Program-made: the position numbers and the translations under genes
Assembly: GCA_003990765.1 (NCBI GenBank)
Contig: RBNJ01000106.1
Location: 1-41,480, forward strand
Origin: Jimgerdemannia flammicorona
Lineage: Eukaryota
DNA: 41,480 nt
Reading direction: 5' to 3'
Notes under the pieces: model-generated
What the model saw: the letters and a program-made list of their open reading frames with translations, nothing else
The model's database searches: none
Told to the model about the DNA's origin: nothing
Shown: positions 23,560 through 35,715 of the stretch, in pieces
Layout: each line of letters opens with the position of its first letter
How positions within the stretch are numbered: the first letter of the stretch is position 1

Positions 23560-26500
23560 TTTTTTTTTTTTTTTTTTTATAGTTACTTGGACTCTGCTAT
23601 TTATTACTCATCTATTAATAAGTTTACAGTATACCCTCCCACTATCTGATCCCCATAGGGGTGCCACTCCCCCCATCTACACAAATAAAGACCACTTTCT
23701 CACCTGCAACTCCAACCCTCCCCCCACTCTGCCTACAGATTTTCTCTACCAAACAATACCTTCGACCCCCCTATAACCCCCAACCAAGCCACCAGCCCAT
23801 CAAGGTGTCTTCCATAAAGCCACACTACCTCAGCAGTCTGATCTCAGAGCCAAGTCTCCTCTTATCCTCAAAAACAAATAACCAGTAACTGGCCAGCCCC
23901 ACCCAAATGGCCAAAGTTCAGCCTAATGTCAGCCATTCCTTCCCCACTCCCCCCTCCAATCTATCCCTTAAATCCTCCCATCACTCCCACACACCAGCTC
24001 CCCTACACACTACCCCCAAATGATCTCCAATGTTTTGCCAAAAGGTACTAAGTACCTCACACTCTCCTAGCCAATGTTCAGGCATCTGCATATATCCCCC
24101 TTCCTGCCTTATATTATAACACTCTTCACATTCGAAGCAACCTCCCTCGATAAGGTGACCTGAGCAGAAGTTGAGCATGACATTCTGCCTCAGCACATAC
24201 TACCAGACCACCCAGTACTTCAGCAGCAGCCACCTCCTCACCTCAGTACTTCAGGCCCAAATGCTATACCAGTTCTACTCCTTACCAATTTCTACTCCTT
24301 GCCAACTGCTAGGCCACAGGTCCTGGCCTGGTCCCCATTGGCATTCGATCCCATTACCAATGTCAAACTCCATTAGGGGAATGCTGCCCAGTAACACTTG
24401 GTCCCATCTCCACATCACTGGGTCTCAAGCTACCTCCTCTTTATTTCCCTGCTACCTAATTCCAATGCAGTGCACTCTCTCTGCCACTCCCCACCAGAAG
24501 CCTTTGAATTGCAATTGTTCAGTATTCTGAAGGCCCACAAGTGATAGGAGATCACCAGTCAAACCCCTCAGAGAGGACCTCATCTCCCAGACTTTCTGCA
24601 GTAGAGGGACCCAACCACCCCCTCTCAACTCCACCACTCTCTTCAGCCACCATGCTCTCAAGCAGTGCAGCCTCTTAGGAAAGTCAACCAGCCCAAGTCC
24701 CCTACTTGCCACCAGTAAGGACAAGACCTCCCAGCTGATCTGACTCCACCTTCCAGCCCAGATCCACCCCTTGGCCAGCTTCATCAATTGCTTCACCACC
24801 CAAGCTGGGAAGTCCAAATGATAAGCCAGATACCACAACTTTGGCAGTCAATAGATGTTCAGAATCGAAATGCATCCTACCAGAGACAATTGGCGGCCCC
24901 CCCAGCTCTGTAGAGTCTCCTTCCAGATGTCAACCTGCTGCTCCCACCAAAGTCTGGGCAGAACCGATCCATATACTGACAGATAAATACCCAAGTACCA
25001 TACTGCCTCACCAGCAGGGACAATGGTACCAATAATCTCCCCTCCCACCAGACCATTGCCTAACACTATTGTTTCACACTTATGCCAATTAAGCCTAGTC
25101 CTGGAGTTCACCTCATACCACTCCACTGTTTCCTTGAGCTTCTCAACATCCACAATTGATCCCAGGCTGACCACTATGTCATCTGTAAATGCTCCTACTT
25201 TCCACCCAATGCCAAAGATAGAGAGCCCCACTACCTTCTGCCTGATTCTGTCCATGAAGGGCTCCAGAGAAAGAGCATACAAAATGAGAGACAGTGGGTC
25301 CCCCTGGGGCACCCCCCTACCCAGGAGAAATACTACCTCTCTGTGTCCATTACACATGAGTGCAGCCCTACTCTCTTCTAGTAGGCTTACCATGGCTATT
25401 CTGAACTGGTGTGGGACCCCAATCCTATCCAATACTTTCACCAGCCAGACCCATCGCACTCAGTCATAAGCCTTCTCCTGGTCCAGAAAGATCAGACACC
25501 CATCCAGTCCACTGGCTCATGCCCCTTCAATAACTCCATGAACCCATGCTGTGCCATCTCTGATGAGTTGGCCTCCCACAAAGCCCCTCTACTCATCACC
25601 CAAGACTTGCTGGGCCACCTTTTGCAATCTTGTGACCACTACCTTAGTAACCAACTTTCTGTCCATATTCAGTAGCATAATTGGCCTCCAGTTCTTTCAG
25701 TCCTCATGCCTTCCTTTGTTCTTATAAAGCAACATCACCAGCCCCAGATCCTGTTCTCCCACCCATCTCCCCATCTGTATAATCCAATTACACAGTGCTG
25801 TCATCTCTTCCAGTACTCCTGGGACTCCCACCATCTTTTTCCAGAAGTCCCAGGGCAGACCATCCTCCCTAGGTACCATACCCAAGGTTGTTGTAGCAAG
25901 AATCTGGCAGATCTCCTCCTCTTGCACCAGCAGTACTAAGTCACCCAGCCTCTCTGCTCATGTAGGGTACCAATCCTCCAACACTCTGTCAATGTCCTCA
26001 GTATCTGCCCCACCCTCCTTCTTACTCCACAATCCACTCCAATGCTCCTTTAATGATCCAAGAATGTCTTGTACACTATGCACCAATATACCATTAGCAT
26101 TAAGCACCCCCTCCCACCTTTGTTACACCCTTCTCACCTAAAGGGCTCTTGTGAGAAACTTTGAGAGCTGCTCCCCTTCCTCCAACCCCTGCCAATGAAG
26201 CCATGTGGACCCTTGCCTCGTTCTCATTCTGCAGCACCTGTTATAGTTCAACCACCTCTATTCTTACCCTTATCAATCTCCAGTCCTCCTCTCCCTCCAA
26301 CATCACCAGTCTCACCCAGTCCTCCAAGAGCCTAGACAGTCTACTAGAAGCCCACTGCATCTACTGCCTCCTCTGTTTCCCAGCCTCCTTACCAGCCTCA
26401 CTCCAGAAGGCCCTGGCCATCTCCTTCATCCTCATCTACCAAGTACCAACTGGGGCATCTTCCTGTCTCCAGTACTCCACTTGTAGTTAAATGTCTTCAG

Positions 26501-29416
26501 CCTACTCATCCCATCAGATCTTATCATCTAGTAAGGAGGAATTGAGACACTAATGTCCAGGCCCATCCCTACTCCCCCCAAAACACCCCTGCCCTAAAAG
26601 CCCCCAATGATCCGACCAAGGATACCATTCCACCTCCAGTGACTTCCAAACATCCAAGCCCCAGCAGCTGGCTGTCAGAATCCAATCAATCCTTGTCCCC
26701 AGGCCTCTAGTCCAGTGTGTGTACACCCTCCTATCCCCCCAACATTCTCTACTTACATCCACCAGAGCACTCAGTCTTTCCACTTCCTCCCATACTGCCA
26801 GTCCTCCACTCCAACCCTCAGCTCCTCATCCTCCATCAGTTCTATCCCTCAATATGTCTTGGACCATATTGATGTCCCCACTGAGCATATCCACCCCAAC
26901 CTCCACAAGAATTCCACTCTCCTATAGGCCCTTCACCCAATTCACATACTCTCCCTATACTGCAGGGCAGTAGCAGGAGCCCACTATGACTGGCTTCCAA
27001 CCTGTACATATCCACTCTCCCCAGACCAATCTATCCCCCCAGCTCTACATATCTCTTATCTCCTCTCTGCCTTTCTACACCAGAATCCCAACCTTGCCCT
27101 TCCAGACTGCCTCATCTCCCCACTCCTTCATCCATTCCAGTCTATCCAAGTCATCCTCACACCTGACATCCTGTAAGAGGAAGAGATCAGCCTCCAATCC
27201 CTTCAGTCAGGTAAAAATGTTCTTATATCGATAAGTGCCCTATAACCTATTCATGTTCAAAGAAAAAATATTGGTTGTACTATTCATAATGAAAAAATGG
27301 TGTGTTATCAAGCTTTTTCTACTGCTTCATGTTCATCTCCTCCTGTGCCAAATCCAGATTATATTCCATAGTCACCGCCTCCTCTTCAGTCCTCTGAGCC
27401 TCCAGTCCAGCCAACAGCTCATTTATCTCCCCATCTGCCTTCTCCTTGAATTCCTCTCAGTACTCCAGGCAGGCTTCCTGTCAGAGCTGCAGTCCATGAC
27501 ACTTGGTCCAGCAGTATTCAGCCCTCTCTCCTGTGACTCCTGCCATCTCTGCCTCCCACTCCTTATCTATCTCATAGCCCTCCTCCTCCAGATACACTGC
27601 AAGAATTTCTGCCTTCAATGCCATCACCACCCCCTCCCTCTGCAGGATCCTCACCCAATGCTCATCACTCATTACCCTCAAATCCACCTCTCCCAGCTCC
27701 TCAGCCACCAGGTTGTTCATCATTCTGCATATCCAAAGTAGGTTCCCCACCTCCTTTCCTCCAGAGGTCACCAGCCTCCCACCATCCAGTATTGTGATAT
27801 CAGCCCCAGCACTCGCAGCCTCATCCCACTCCTCTGGAATGTCCACCAGTTCCTCCTCACCAACTACCACCACTTGTCCCCCTTTTGCCATCTCCAGAAC
27901 TCCAAATTGCACTCTCTGGGCCTCCCGCATTAGCACATCCTCCACCACCCTGCTTTGGGAAGCTGGGCCCTGCCTGATAAGAGGAGTAGGGGTAGAGGAG
28001 TCCTCCCATATCTTATCCCAAACCTCTAGCATACCATCTGCATATGGGTCCTTGCCAGTTGCCTCTCTGTTCTTGCCAGTCCCCTTCCCAGCACTCCCAC
28101 TTCCCTTGTCTGCCCAAACACTCACTTTGGCCCCCCCCATGTCCACCATCCTGCTCATATCCTTCTGAGGCCCACCCTTCATTTTTGCCAGCAGTTCCCT
28201 CTATCTCTTATGTCACTGATCTCATTTCCACTGCTCCTTGCTCACTTGAATCTGCTTCCCATCTACCACCTCCAAGTGCATCGCCTCCTTAAAGGCCCTC
28301 CAAGTCTTTGCCTGCTATTCCACCACACCACTCAACTCTTCTAGCACTTCCAATAGGTCCTCTTCCTCCTTCTCACTCCTCTTCACCCTTGTCACCTTAC
28401 ACACAATTGCCCCCCAGACCATACCAGAAGGCCAGTCCCTTGCCTTCCTGGTGGCCTCCTTCTCTGCTAGCCGAATCCTTACATTTATATCTCCAGTCCT
28501 AAGCGAGATCCCCTCCCAGACTCTGAATCCAATATCTACTATCTCTCTATACTCTGCCATGACCTCCTCAACTCTCTTTCTTGTCTCCATCGCTGTCACT
28601 GTAGGCATCCCTTTTACCAGCAGTTGGACCACTCTGGGATCCCATTTCAGGCATTGAGCCATCAGAACACACACTTCCCCAACTATCAATCCAACCTTCA
28701 ATGCCTCCTCCAAAGGCTCAGCCTCCTCAAAGCCCACCTCCACTCCCTCCAGTCCCTTCAAAAACTTTACAGATGCTGCTCCAGCCACCTGCTTAGCAAT
28801 CAGCTTCAGTACTATTTTCACCATCACTGCTAAGCCCCAGAAGCACAGTATCACTACAAATGCCAAGATCAATTTCTTGAGTAACAGCACTACCACCAGG
28901 CCCATCACACTATCTGCTAAATCTCCTTGTCTTCCGAGCTCCAGTTGCTCAGCTGTACCATCTACAGTCACATCTGGATTTTTTTTTCAGATTCACAGTC
29001 CTATCTCCATCAGCTATCACACCCCCCTCAGCCACTATACCTCCAGCCCCACTGCTCTCTCCACTAAGGGCTACTCCCCCATGTACTGTCACTCTCTCCA
29101 TTTCCTTGCCTTTTCTCAACCAACCCTCCAGCCCTGATATCTGCCTTCTCCCCTTCACCATCTCAGCAAAGCTCACTCTCTCAGATCCCTGTCCTCCACT
29201 ACTGCCTCCTTCCCTTCTGTACCCACCTGCTAGCAGCCCCCTCATACCTTCCCCCAGGCCCAGGCCTCTCCCCATGTACTGCCAGTCAAATGCACTCAGG
29301 CCACCCTACCCAGTATATACCTTAGATTACCTGTCAGTTGCCATATTGCTAGTCTCTTTTCTCCAAAAATGATGTTGTAGTTGCTTCCCAAAAGTTGTAT
29401 AACCTGAGAGGTACTG
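23560..29416 (-). mobile_element. LINE copy 2 (L1/Tx1-like), full length ~5.86 kb, degenerate
   Basis: Poly(A) tail (T-run 23560-23578); 14-bp TSD atataacagttacc (23546-23559) / acataatagttacc (29417-29430). ORF1 ~29344-27320 (SFAEMVKG, RRM-like region). ORF2 ~27287-23700 with APE (SLNMN, LFLLQD, GDIN, RIDWIL, SDH), RT (LDQEKAYD, GVPQGDPLS, AFTDD, YLGI) and a C-terminal CxxC...HxxxxC. Confidence 0.93.
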
Positions 29417-30895
29417 ACATAATAGTTACCATAAAAAGTAACCCTCTTACACCTTCTGAAGGTTTGTGGTAGCAATCTTGAGTAGTTTGTCCATTTTGTC
29501 TATAAGGTTCTTAGTGGTTGGGACTTATATTTGACTGTTTTTTTTAAAAGAGAATAGACTTGCAAGGGTCTTGGGATCTTAACTGTAGAGTAACCAGAAA
29601 GGGAAAAGACCAATAGATGATTGAATGGTATTATTGTATGCAAACTCTGAATAAGTCAGATAATGGTCTCAATCATCTTACTCATAAGAAATATAGTTTC
29701 TAAGCATTTGTTCTAGGGTTCTGTTTATGCACTTAGTTTGTCCATTAGTTTGTGGATGAAAGGCAGTAGATATAGCCAATTGGGTTTCTAGGGTCTTAAA
29801 GAGAGTTTGCCAGAAGTGACTGGTGAACTTGGGGTCATGATTGCTGATAATTACTTATAGTAGATCATAGTAATGGAAGATAGACTTAAAGAAGATTCTT
29901 GCAATCTTGGGTGCAGTAGCATTAGTAGTGGTTGGTTCAGTAACCATAGTCTTGGTCAGGCAGTCAACAAATATAATGATAGCATCAGCACCAGATTGAG
30001 TTTGTAGTAGTTGAGTTACAAAGTCTATATTAACTTACTTGAATTTCTTAGTGAAAATTAGCAGTGATTGTAGCAAACTGGCTGGCACTTGGTTGATAGA
30101 CTTGTTGTGCTAATATAGATTACAGCTAGCAATATAGTTCTTGATTTCCTTGACCATACTTAGCCAATAGTAGTAGTATTGAATGTTCTTGACAGTCTTC
30201 TCAATTCCCAGATAATTAGTAAGAGGGGAGTCATAGTGTTCTTATAAAATCTTATAGTATAGGTATATGTTTTCAGGTAGGTAAACTTGATCTTGATGAT
30301 AGATCAGGTTGTTCTCAACAGTATATGTATCCTTGAGCTCATTTGAGAAAACTCTAGTAGTGACTATGTCTTCTTTATAAGTTTGCCTAATTTGGTCTAG
30401 AAATTCTGATGCCAAGGTGACTTGCATAATTGTGGCAAGGTCTGGGCATCTTGATAAGATATCTGGTACTACAAGTATCTTGTCAGGCTTGTAGATGATC
30501 ATTGGATTGAAGGTTTGAAGCTTGAGGCTCCACTTGGCTTATAGATATGACAGGATAGATTGGGTATTGATATACTTGAGGGATTGATGATCAGTGATAA
30601 CATCAAACTCAACACCTTCTAGATAGCATTACCAGTAATCTAGTATATGTATTATTGCCAGTAGTTTCTTCTCATGAGTGACTAGCTTTTGTTCAGCTAG
30701 GGCCAACTTATAGGACTTGAAAGCAATAAGATGATGTCCTTTGCTATCATTTTATGACAGGACTGCTCTAATGATAAAATTCAACACATTAGTAGTAACT
30801 GTGAATTTTAGGCCTTGATCTGCATTATATAAGACTGGAGCATGGGTCAGGCAGTTCTTGAGTTCTTGAAAGACTTGTTGACAGAAGAGGTCTCA

Positions 30896-32392
30896 TGTAA
30901 GCGCACAACCTCCAAGCCACTAAAATCGCATGGTATCCTCAGAACTAATTTGGAAACCACATGTGAGACTACAAAACAAGTTACCGAAGAGATCATCTGG
31001 TTACACAAATACGCCAGCAAGCCTGAGAACCCACCACCAAGATACAAGAATACTAGAAGAAGTACTACAACCATAAGACTGACTCTGAACCGCTATAGCT
31101 AGTTTGGTGTACTATACTATTACAAAGAAGCCGAAAGTACCAAACTCAAATCAAGACAAGAAGAACCCTATCTCACCCATCAAAAGGTTCACGAACTGCA
31201 CTTATCAACTCAAGACCAAGATATACTGTGACTATACAAGACCTCATTACTTAGCAGAAGCAAAATGCATTTGAACAACTCTGTTCGCTTTATCTGTGTC
31301 ACCTCCGTTGGAGAGTGACAGACACTTCATCTGAACTCAAGAAAGCCGACAATGTCAAAACCAATCTCAAGCCATCCATGTAATAGATATTACTACTAGA
31401 AATTGCCTTGGATTACAGAAAATATCATTTCTGAGAGGTTCGAACCCCCAGCCGCGACATTGGGAGCCCTCGCCCTAGACAAGAATGGCCAGTCCTCGCA
31501 AATGCACCAGCAGACCAAAAAAAAAGAGAACCAAGACCTGTTATCCTTATATAACCACCGCCACCAAGGACAGCCTTAATCTTACAAGAGATAGACGTAA
31601 CGACATCTTGAAAACTGATGATGTCAGAAAAAACTACTCAGACTTTGCCAGTGATGATGTCATCAATAGTGATGTCATCGAGGACTACCCAGATAGTGCC
31701 TAAACCTATAAATAGTCTAGCAGTCATAGTATAGTTAGATTAGCCTTGTACGACGTGACTGTGAACTGACTCAGCAGTCAGACGATCTCTTGACATATCA
31801 GATCACACTTGTACTACGTGACTACATTCCGACTCAGCAAAGCACTTAGTGCTACATCCATATCTAGCCTAGTCCAGATAGCCCCTCACTAGTATAAATA
31901 CCCCCTCCCCCAGACCTCAGAATCTCAGACTCGAACAGACTTGAACAATCTGAACACAACTCCTGAGCACTTCTCCACAATATCCCTTTATACAAATACT
32001 CCTAGTATAGCAATATCATGAATAGCAAATAAACCTATTCCATAACCCACAAACCACTCTTAAGTAAATCCGCTCTCTGTTAGGTCCTACTCCTAACCCC
32101 ATCACAAAATTTCCTAATTGGGTATTGTCTGCAGCGATACGCTAATTCAACTAAGCTGGTCTTAGTTTCTTGAACTTCCTGAAATACGGAAAATCCTGAA
32201 CATCCAGAACTAGTCTGAGAAAAGGACTTTGGTTGAGACGTCAACCCGATCTTGAAATCAATAAGCATAGAGGACGTACTCCATACGAAATTGATCTTGA
32301 CTATAAGAAAACAGTCTTCCAGAATATCCAGAACTTCCAGAAAACCCTTCCAGAACTACATAACGGTTACCCTAAAAAGTAACCCTCTTACA
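30896..32392 (+). mobile_element. Long solo LTR copy 2 (1497 bp) with a different internal ORF remnant
   Basis: tgtaagcgcacaacc...ccctcttaca; 5-bp TSD TCTCA (30891-30895 / 32393-32397); TATAAATA 31893-31900; AATAAA 32028-32033; retains many CpGs; ORF ends DDVINSDVIEDYPDSA* at 31703. Confidence 0.88.
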
Positions 32393-35274
32393 TCTCAGGT
32401 ATAGGGTACATAGTGGTCTGAGTACAGGGTCTTCCTCATGAGGTTAGTCAGTGGCTTGATAATGCCAGAGAAGTTTCTGACAAAGTGGCAGTAGTAGTCA
32501 GCTAGACCAAGAAAGTATTGGAGTTCTGTAAGGTTTGACAGAATGGGTCATTCTTCAATTGCTTCTATCTTATTGGGTCTACTTAAATTTCTTGTACAGA
32601 GATAATATGGTCAAGATATTTAACTTATTCTTTGAAGAATTTGCACTTCTTGAGCTTAGCATAAAGCTTGTGTTTTTGCAGGATCTCTAAGACTATTCAA
32701 ATGTATTTGAGGTGTTCTTCTTTAGTTGCACTAAAGATCAGGATGTCATCAAGATATACTAATAGAAAAATAAATAGTTGGTCCTTGAATATCTTATTTA
32801 TCAGAGTCTGGAATATGGCAGATACATACATTGGTGAGACCAAATGCTAAGATTAGGAATTTATAGAGTCCAAAGAGAGTCATAAATATAGTCTTAGGAA
32901 TGTCTTCTGGCTTGATTTGAATCTGGTGGTATCCTGATATGAGGTCTAACTTAGTGAAGTACTTGGCATTCTTGAGAGTATCAAAGATTTGATCAATCAA
33001 GGATAGCAGATAGTGGTTCTTGATAGTGAGTTTATTGAGTATATGGTAGTCTATGCATATTTGCAGGGTACTATCTTTCTTCTTGATAAATAAGACTGGT
33101 GAGCTATAAGGAGATTTGCTTGGCTAGATGGCTCCTTATATAAGTAGTTCTTTTAGTTTCTTCTTGACTGTTTCAATTTTGAGTAGCAATATATAGTACA
33201 TATGTTTCTTAGATAGTATAGCTCTTAGGGTCAGTTTGATTTCATGATCAACTTCTTATATAGGTAGTAGACCAGGTAGCTTGTCTGGAAAGACATCCTT
33301 GAATTCTTCTAGCAGTAACTTGATGCTTTTATTGACTGATAGTCTCTTATCTTATTTCTTGAGATGGACTATTACAATAAAGGTATGTATTGTCTTCTTG
33401 AGTACTCTCTTATACTGTATAGCTGACAGTATTGCAATCTGGGTCTTGCTCATGGTCTTGTCTGTCTTGATAGTGATGTTGGTTCCATCTTGAAGTAGGG
33501 TGACTTCATTCTTACACCAATCAATATCTGGGTTATGTTTCATAAGTCAGGGTTTTTCTAAGATCAGATCATAATCTCCTAGTAGTACAACCTCAAAGTC
33601 TACTTATTCTCAATATTTCTGGATCTTGATGGATAGTTTGGCAGCAATTGACTCAATAGGGTACAGAGTACTGTCTGTAGTGACTATATTATTGTTCTTG
33701 AGTACAGGCTTGGTAAGGATCTTGAGGCTTTCAATGAGGTTCTGATTGATGAAGTTTCCTGCAGCTCTGCTGTCTATGAGTACTTGAACTTCTTTTCCTT
33801 TGACTAGGCCTTTGAAAATGAGCTTGATTTTCACTAAGACTTGCTACTTGATCAGTGCTGCCAAAACCTTTTTAATCTCATTTGGTTTCAGAGAGTTCTT
33901 GGACTTCTATAATCTTGAGTTGACTGGCTTTTTCTAGAATCATTTGTATGACTCAGTCTCCTTTCTTGACTGTGTAGTCTTGATTATTCTGGTTGATAAG
34001 TAGAACTTGAACTTATCCTTGAAAGTCTGGGTCAATGATATCAGTACCTACATCTAAATGATGTTTGATACTGAGTCCTGATCACAGTGCAATTCTGGCA
34101 TAATGTCCTTCAGGATATTGAACTGTAATTCCAGTAGGTACCAGAGTTCAGCCCTTGGCTAGAATAGTGACTTGTTTGACTGAGTGTAGGTCAAGACCAA
34201 TGGCTCTTTCTGTTTGATATTGAGGGATCTGGGCCTTTGGATGAAGCTTCTTGACCTTGAGCTCAGATTGACTAGTGGTAGAGTTAACAGATGTATTCTT
34301 AGACAACATAGTGACTGATCTTGAGGGTTTGCTATTCTTCTTAGAATATTTGATTGCAATATGTCCTGTTTGATAATAGAAGAAACAGGCTCTAGATTTC
34401 TTCAGACAGTCCTTTTCTTCAGGGGTGAGCTTGGTGTTCTTTTTGTTCATAGTGTCTAGGTCCATTAGTGCTGGGCCAACTATCCTTGGTTAGTTCTTGT
34501 GATAGTTCTTGAAGTGGTTCTTTTTGTGGTATTCTGGTTCAAAGTAGTTATCAAAAGTGATGACATCAAACCTATCAGCAATTCTCATAACTTTATTAAG
34601 GTTTTTGGGCTCTTCTAGCTTGACCTTAACTTGTGTGTTTCCTTTCAGATCTTGGACATAGCAGTCTATCTTTTCATTCTCAGATATTGCTGATAGCTTG
34701 AGTAGGATTGATAAGAATTGTACATTGTAGCTTTGCACAGACTTGAGTTGCTTGATGTTTGCTAGCTTATCTCTGGTTAGTTTGGTAGCATTAGCAGGCT
34801 TGAACTACTTGTGAAGAGCTCTCTTGAATTATAATACAATTGTGCTACCAGATGGCTGTATTTCCTCAGAAAAGTGTAGCAGCAAATTGGACTTGTATAT
34901 TATCTTCCATTCTTGTGAGCTTGAAGTATTGGTCCAACTAAAAGGTCTATGTATCTATAGATAGTCCTCCTTGATGGCTATCAAAGATATCTGGCTTGAG
35001 TGGCTTGAAACTGACTAGTGCTATAGCAGAATGTGATATACTCATAGTTTGTATTTTCTGCTATTCTAGTTGTGCTTGAAGTTCTTGAATTTGGTGGGCC
35101 ATAGCATTGATTATGTCCTCTATACTGAGTTGCTGTCCTCCTGGCAGAGGGGTCTGGCTGGTAGACTGACTCTTTATGGCTCATTTTGGATTCATGTGAC
35201 TATTTGTGACTGGTTTCCGAATTTGTGTGAGGTTTCTTAATAAGGCAAGATATAATAACACCACTACTACCAAG

Positions 35275-35715
35275 TATAATGGTTCTAGTTTCTTTAAGAG
35301 GAAGTGGCTAAATCTGGAAGTTCTAGTTGGCCTAAAGTAGCTTGAAGAGATACTTAAAGATTTAAGTATTCTTGAAGGATTTCTGGGAGAAAATATTCTA
35401 AGGATATTTATACATGATCTGAAAGAAAGATCTGGAAGGATCTTGGAAAGAAAAAGAAATGCCAAGAAATAGGTTCTTGGCAAAGCTGACTAATACTATT
35501 CTACAATGTTCTGAAAGGTTCTATAACTAGCTAAGACAAGATACTTAGTGTCAAGGAAAGACAAGAATGTTCTAGTGGTATCTGAGCATCAAGAGAAGGT
35601 TTCTAAGCAAGTAAAAGGTAGCAGAACATAGTAGAATGTTTAAGAAATAATAATAAAAGACTAACTAAAAGATGCAAAATATACTAAGACTAAATATAAC
35701 TGTGAAATTGTTACA
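35275..35715 (-). repeat. 5' LTR of element B
   Basis: Matches the reconstructed 3' LTR (13849-13919 + 19940-20332) except for transitions and a ~22-bp deletion that removes the AATAAA. Confidence 0.92.

Larger units (their letters stand above)
21503..29451 (+). mobile_element. Long solo LTR copy 1 (~2.08 kb once the LINE is removed) with internal ORF remnant
   Basis: Ends tataagtgcacaacc...ccctcttaca; 5-bp TSD CCTTC (21498-21502 / 29452-29456); TATAAATA 23083-23090; AATAAA 23216-23221; the last ~740 bp are colinear with copy 2. Confidence 0.85.
13849..35715 (-). mobile_element. Ty3/gypsy chromovirus element B (degenerate), hosting four direct insertions plus one LINE nested inside a solo LTR
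   Basis: 5' LTR 35275-35715; 3' LTR 13849-13919 + 19940-20332; 5-bp TSD ATACT (13844-13848 / 35716-35720); PBS tggtagtagtgg (35261-35272); PPT 20333-20345. Order on the minus strand is gag/CCHC-dUTPase-PR-RT (35.2-32.4 kb), RNase H-integrase (30.9-29.45 kb), integrase C-terminus and chromodomain (21.5-20.65 kb). Confidence 0.93.

Noticed and set aside
23661-29372. Many Pro/Ser/Leu-rich + strand ORFs
   Set aside because: Antisense read-outs of the G-rich LINE strand.
31425-31490. tRNA-like look on the minus strand (GGTTCGAACC with an upstream TGTCTAGGG)
   Set aside because: No convincing acceptor, D or anticodon stems can be drawn, and the + strand reads through as part of the LTR ORF remnant. 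At most a lone B-box; tRNAscan-SE would settle it.
30896-32392. Ginger-type or other TIR DNA transposon interpretation of the TG..CA elements
   Set aside because: The terminal inverted repeat is only 6 bp (TGTAAG/CTTACA) and the TATA-AATAAA layout fits U3-R-U5. Not fully excluded until a parent element is found.
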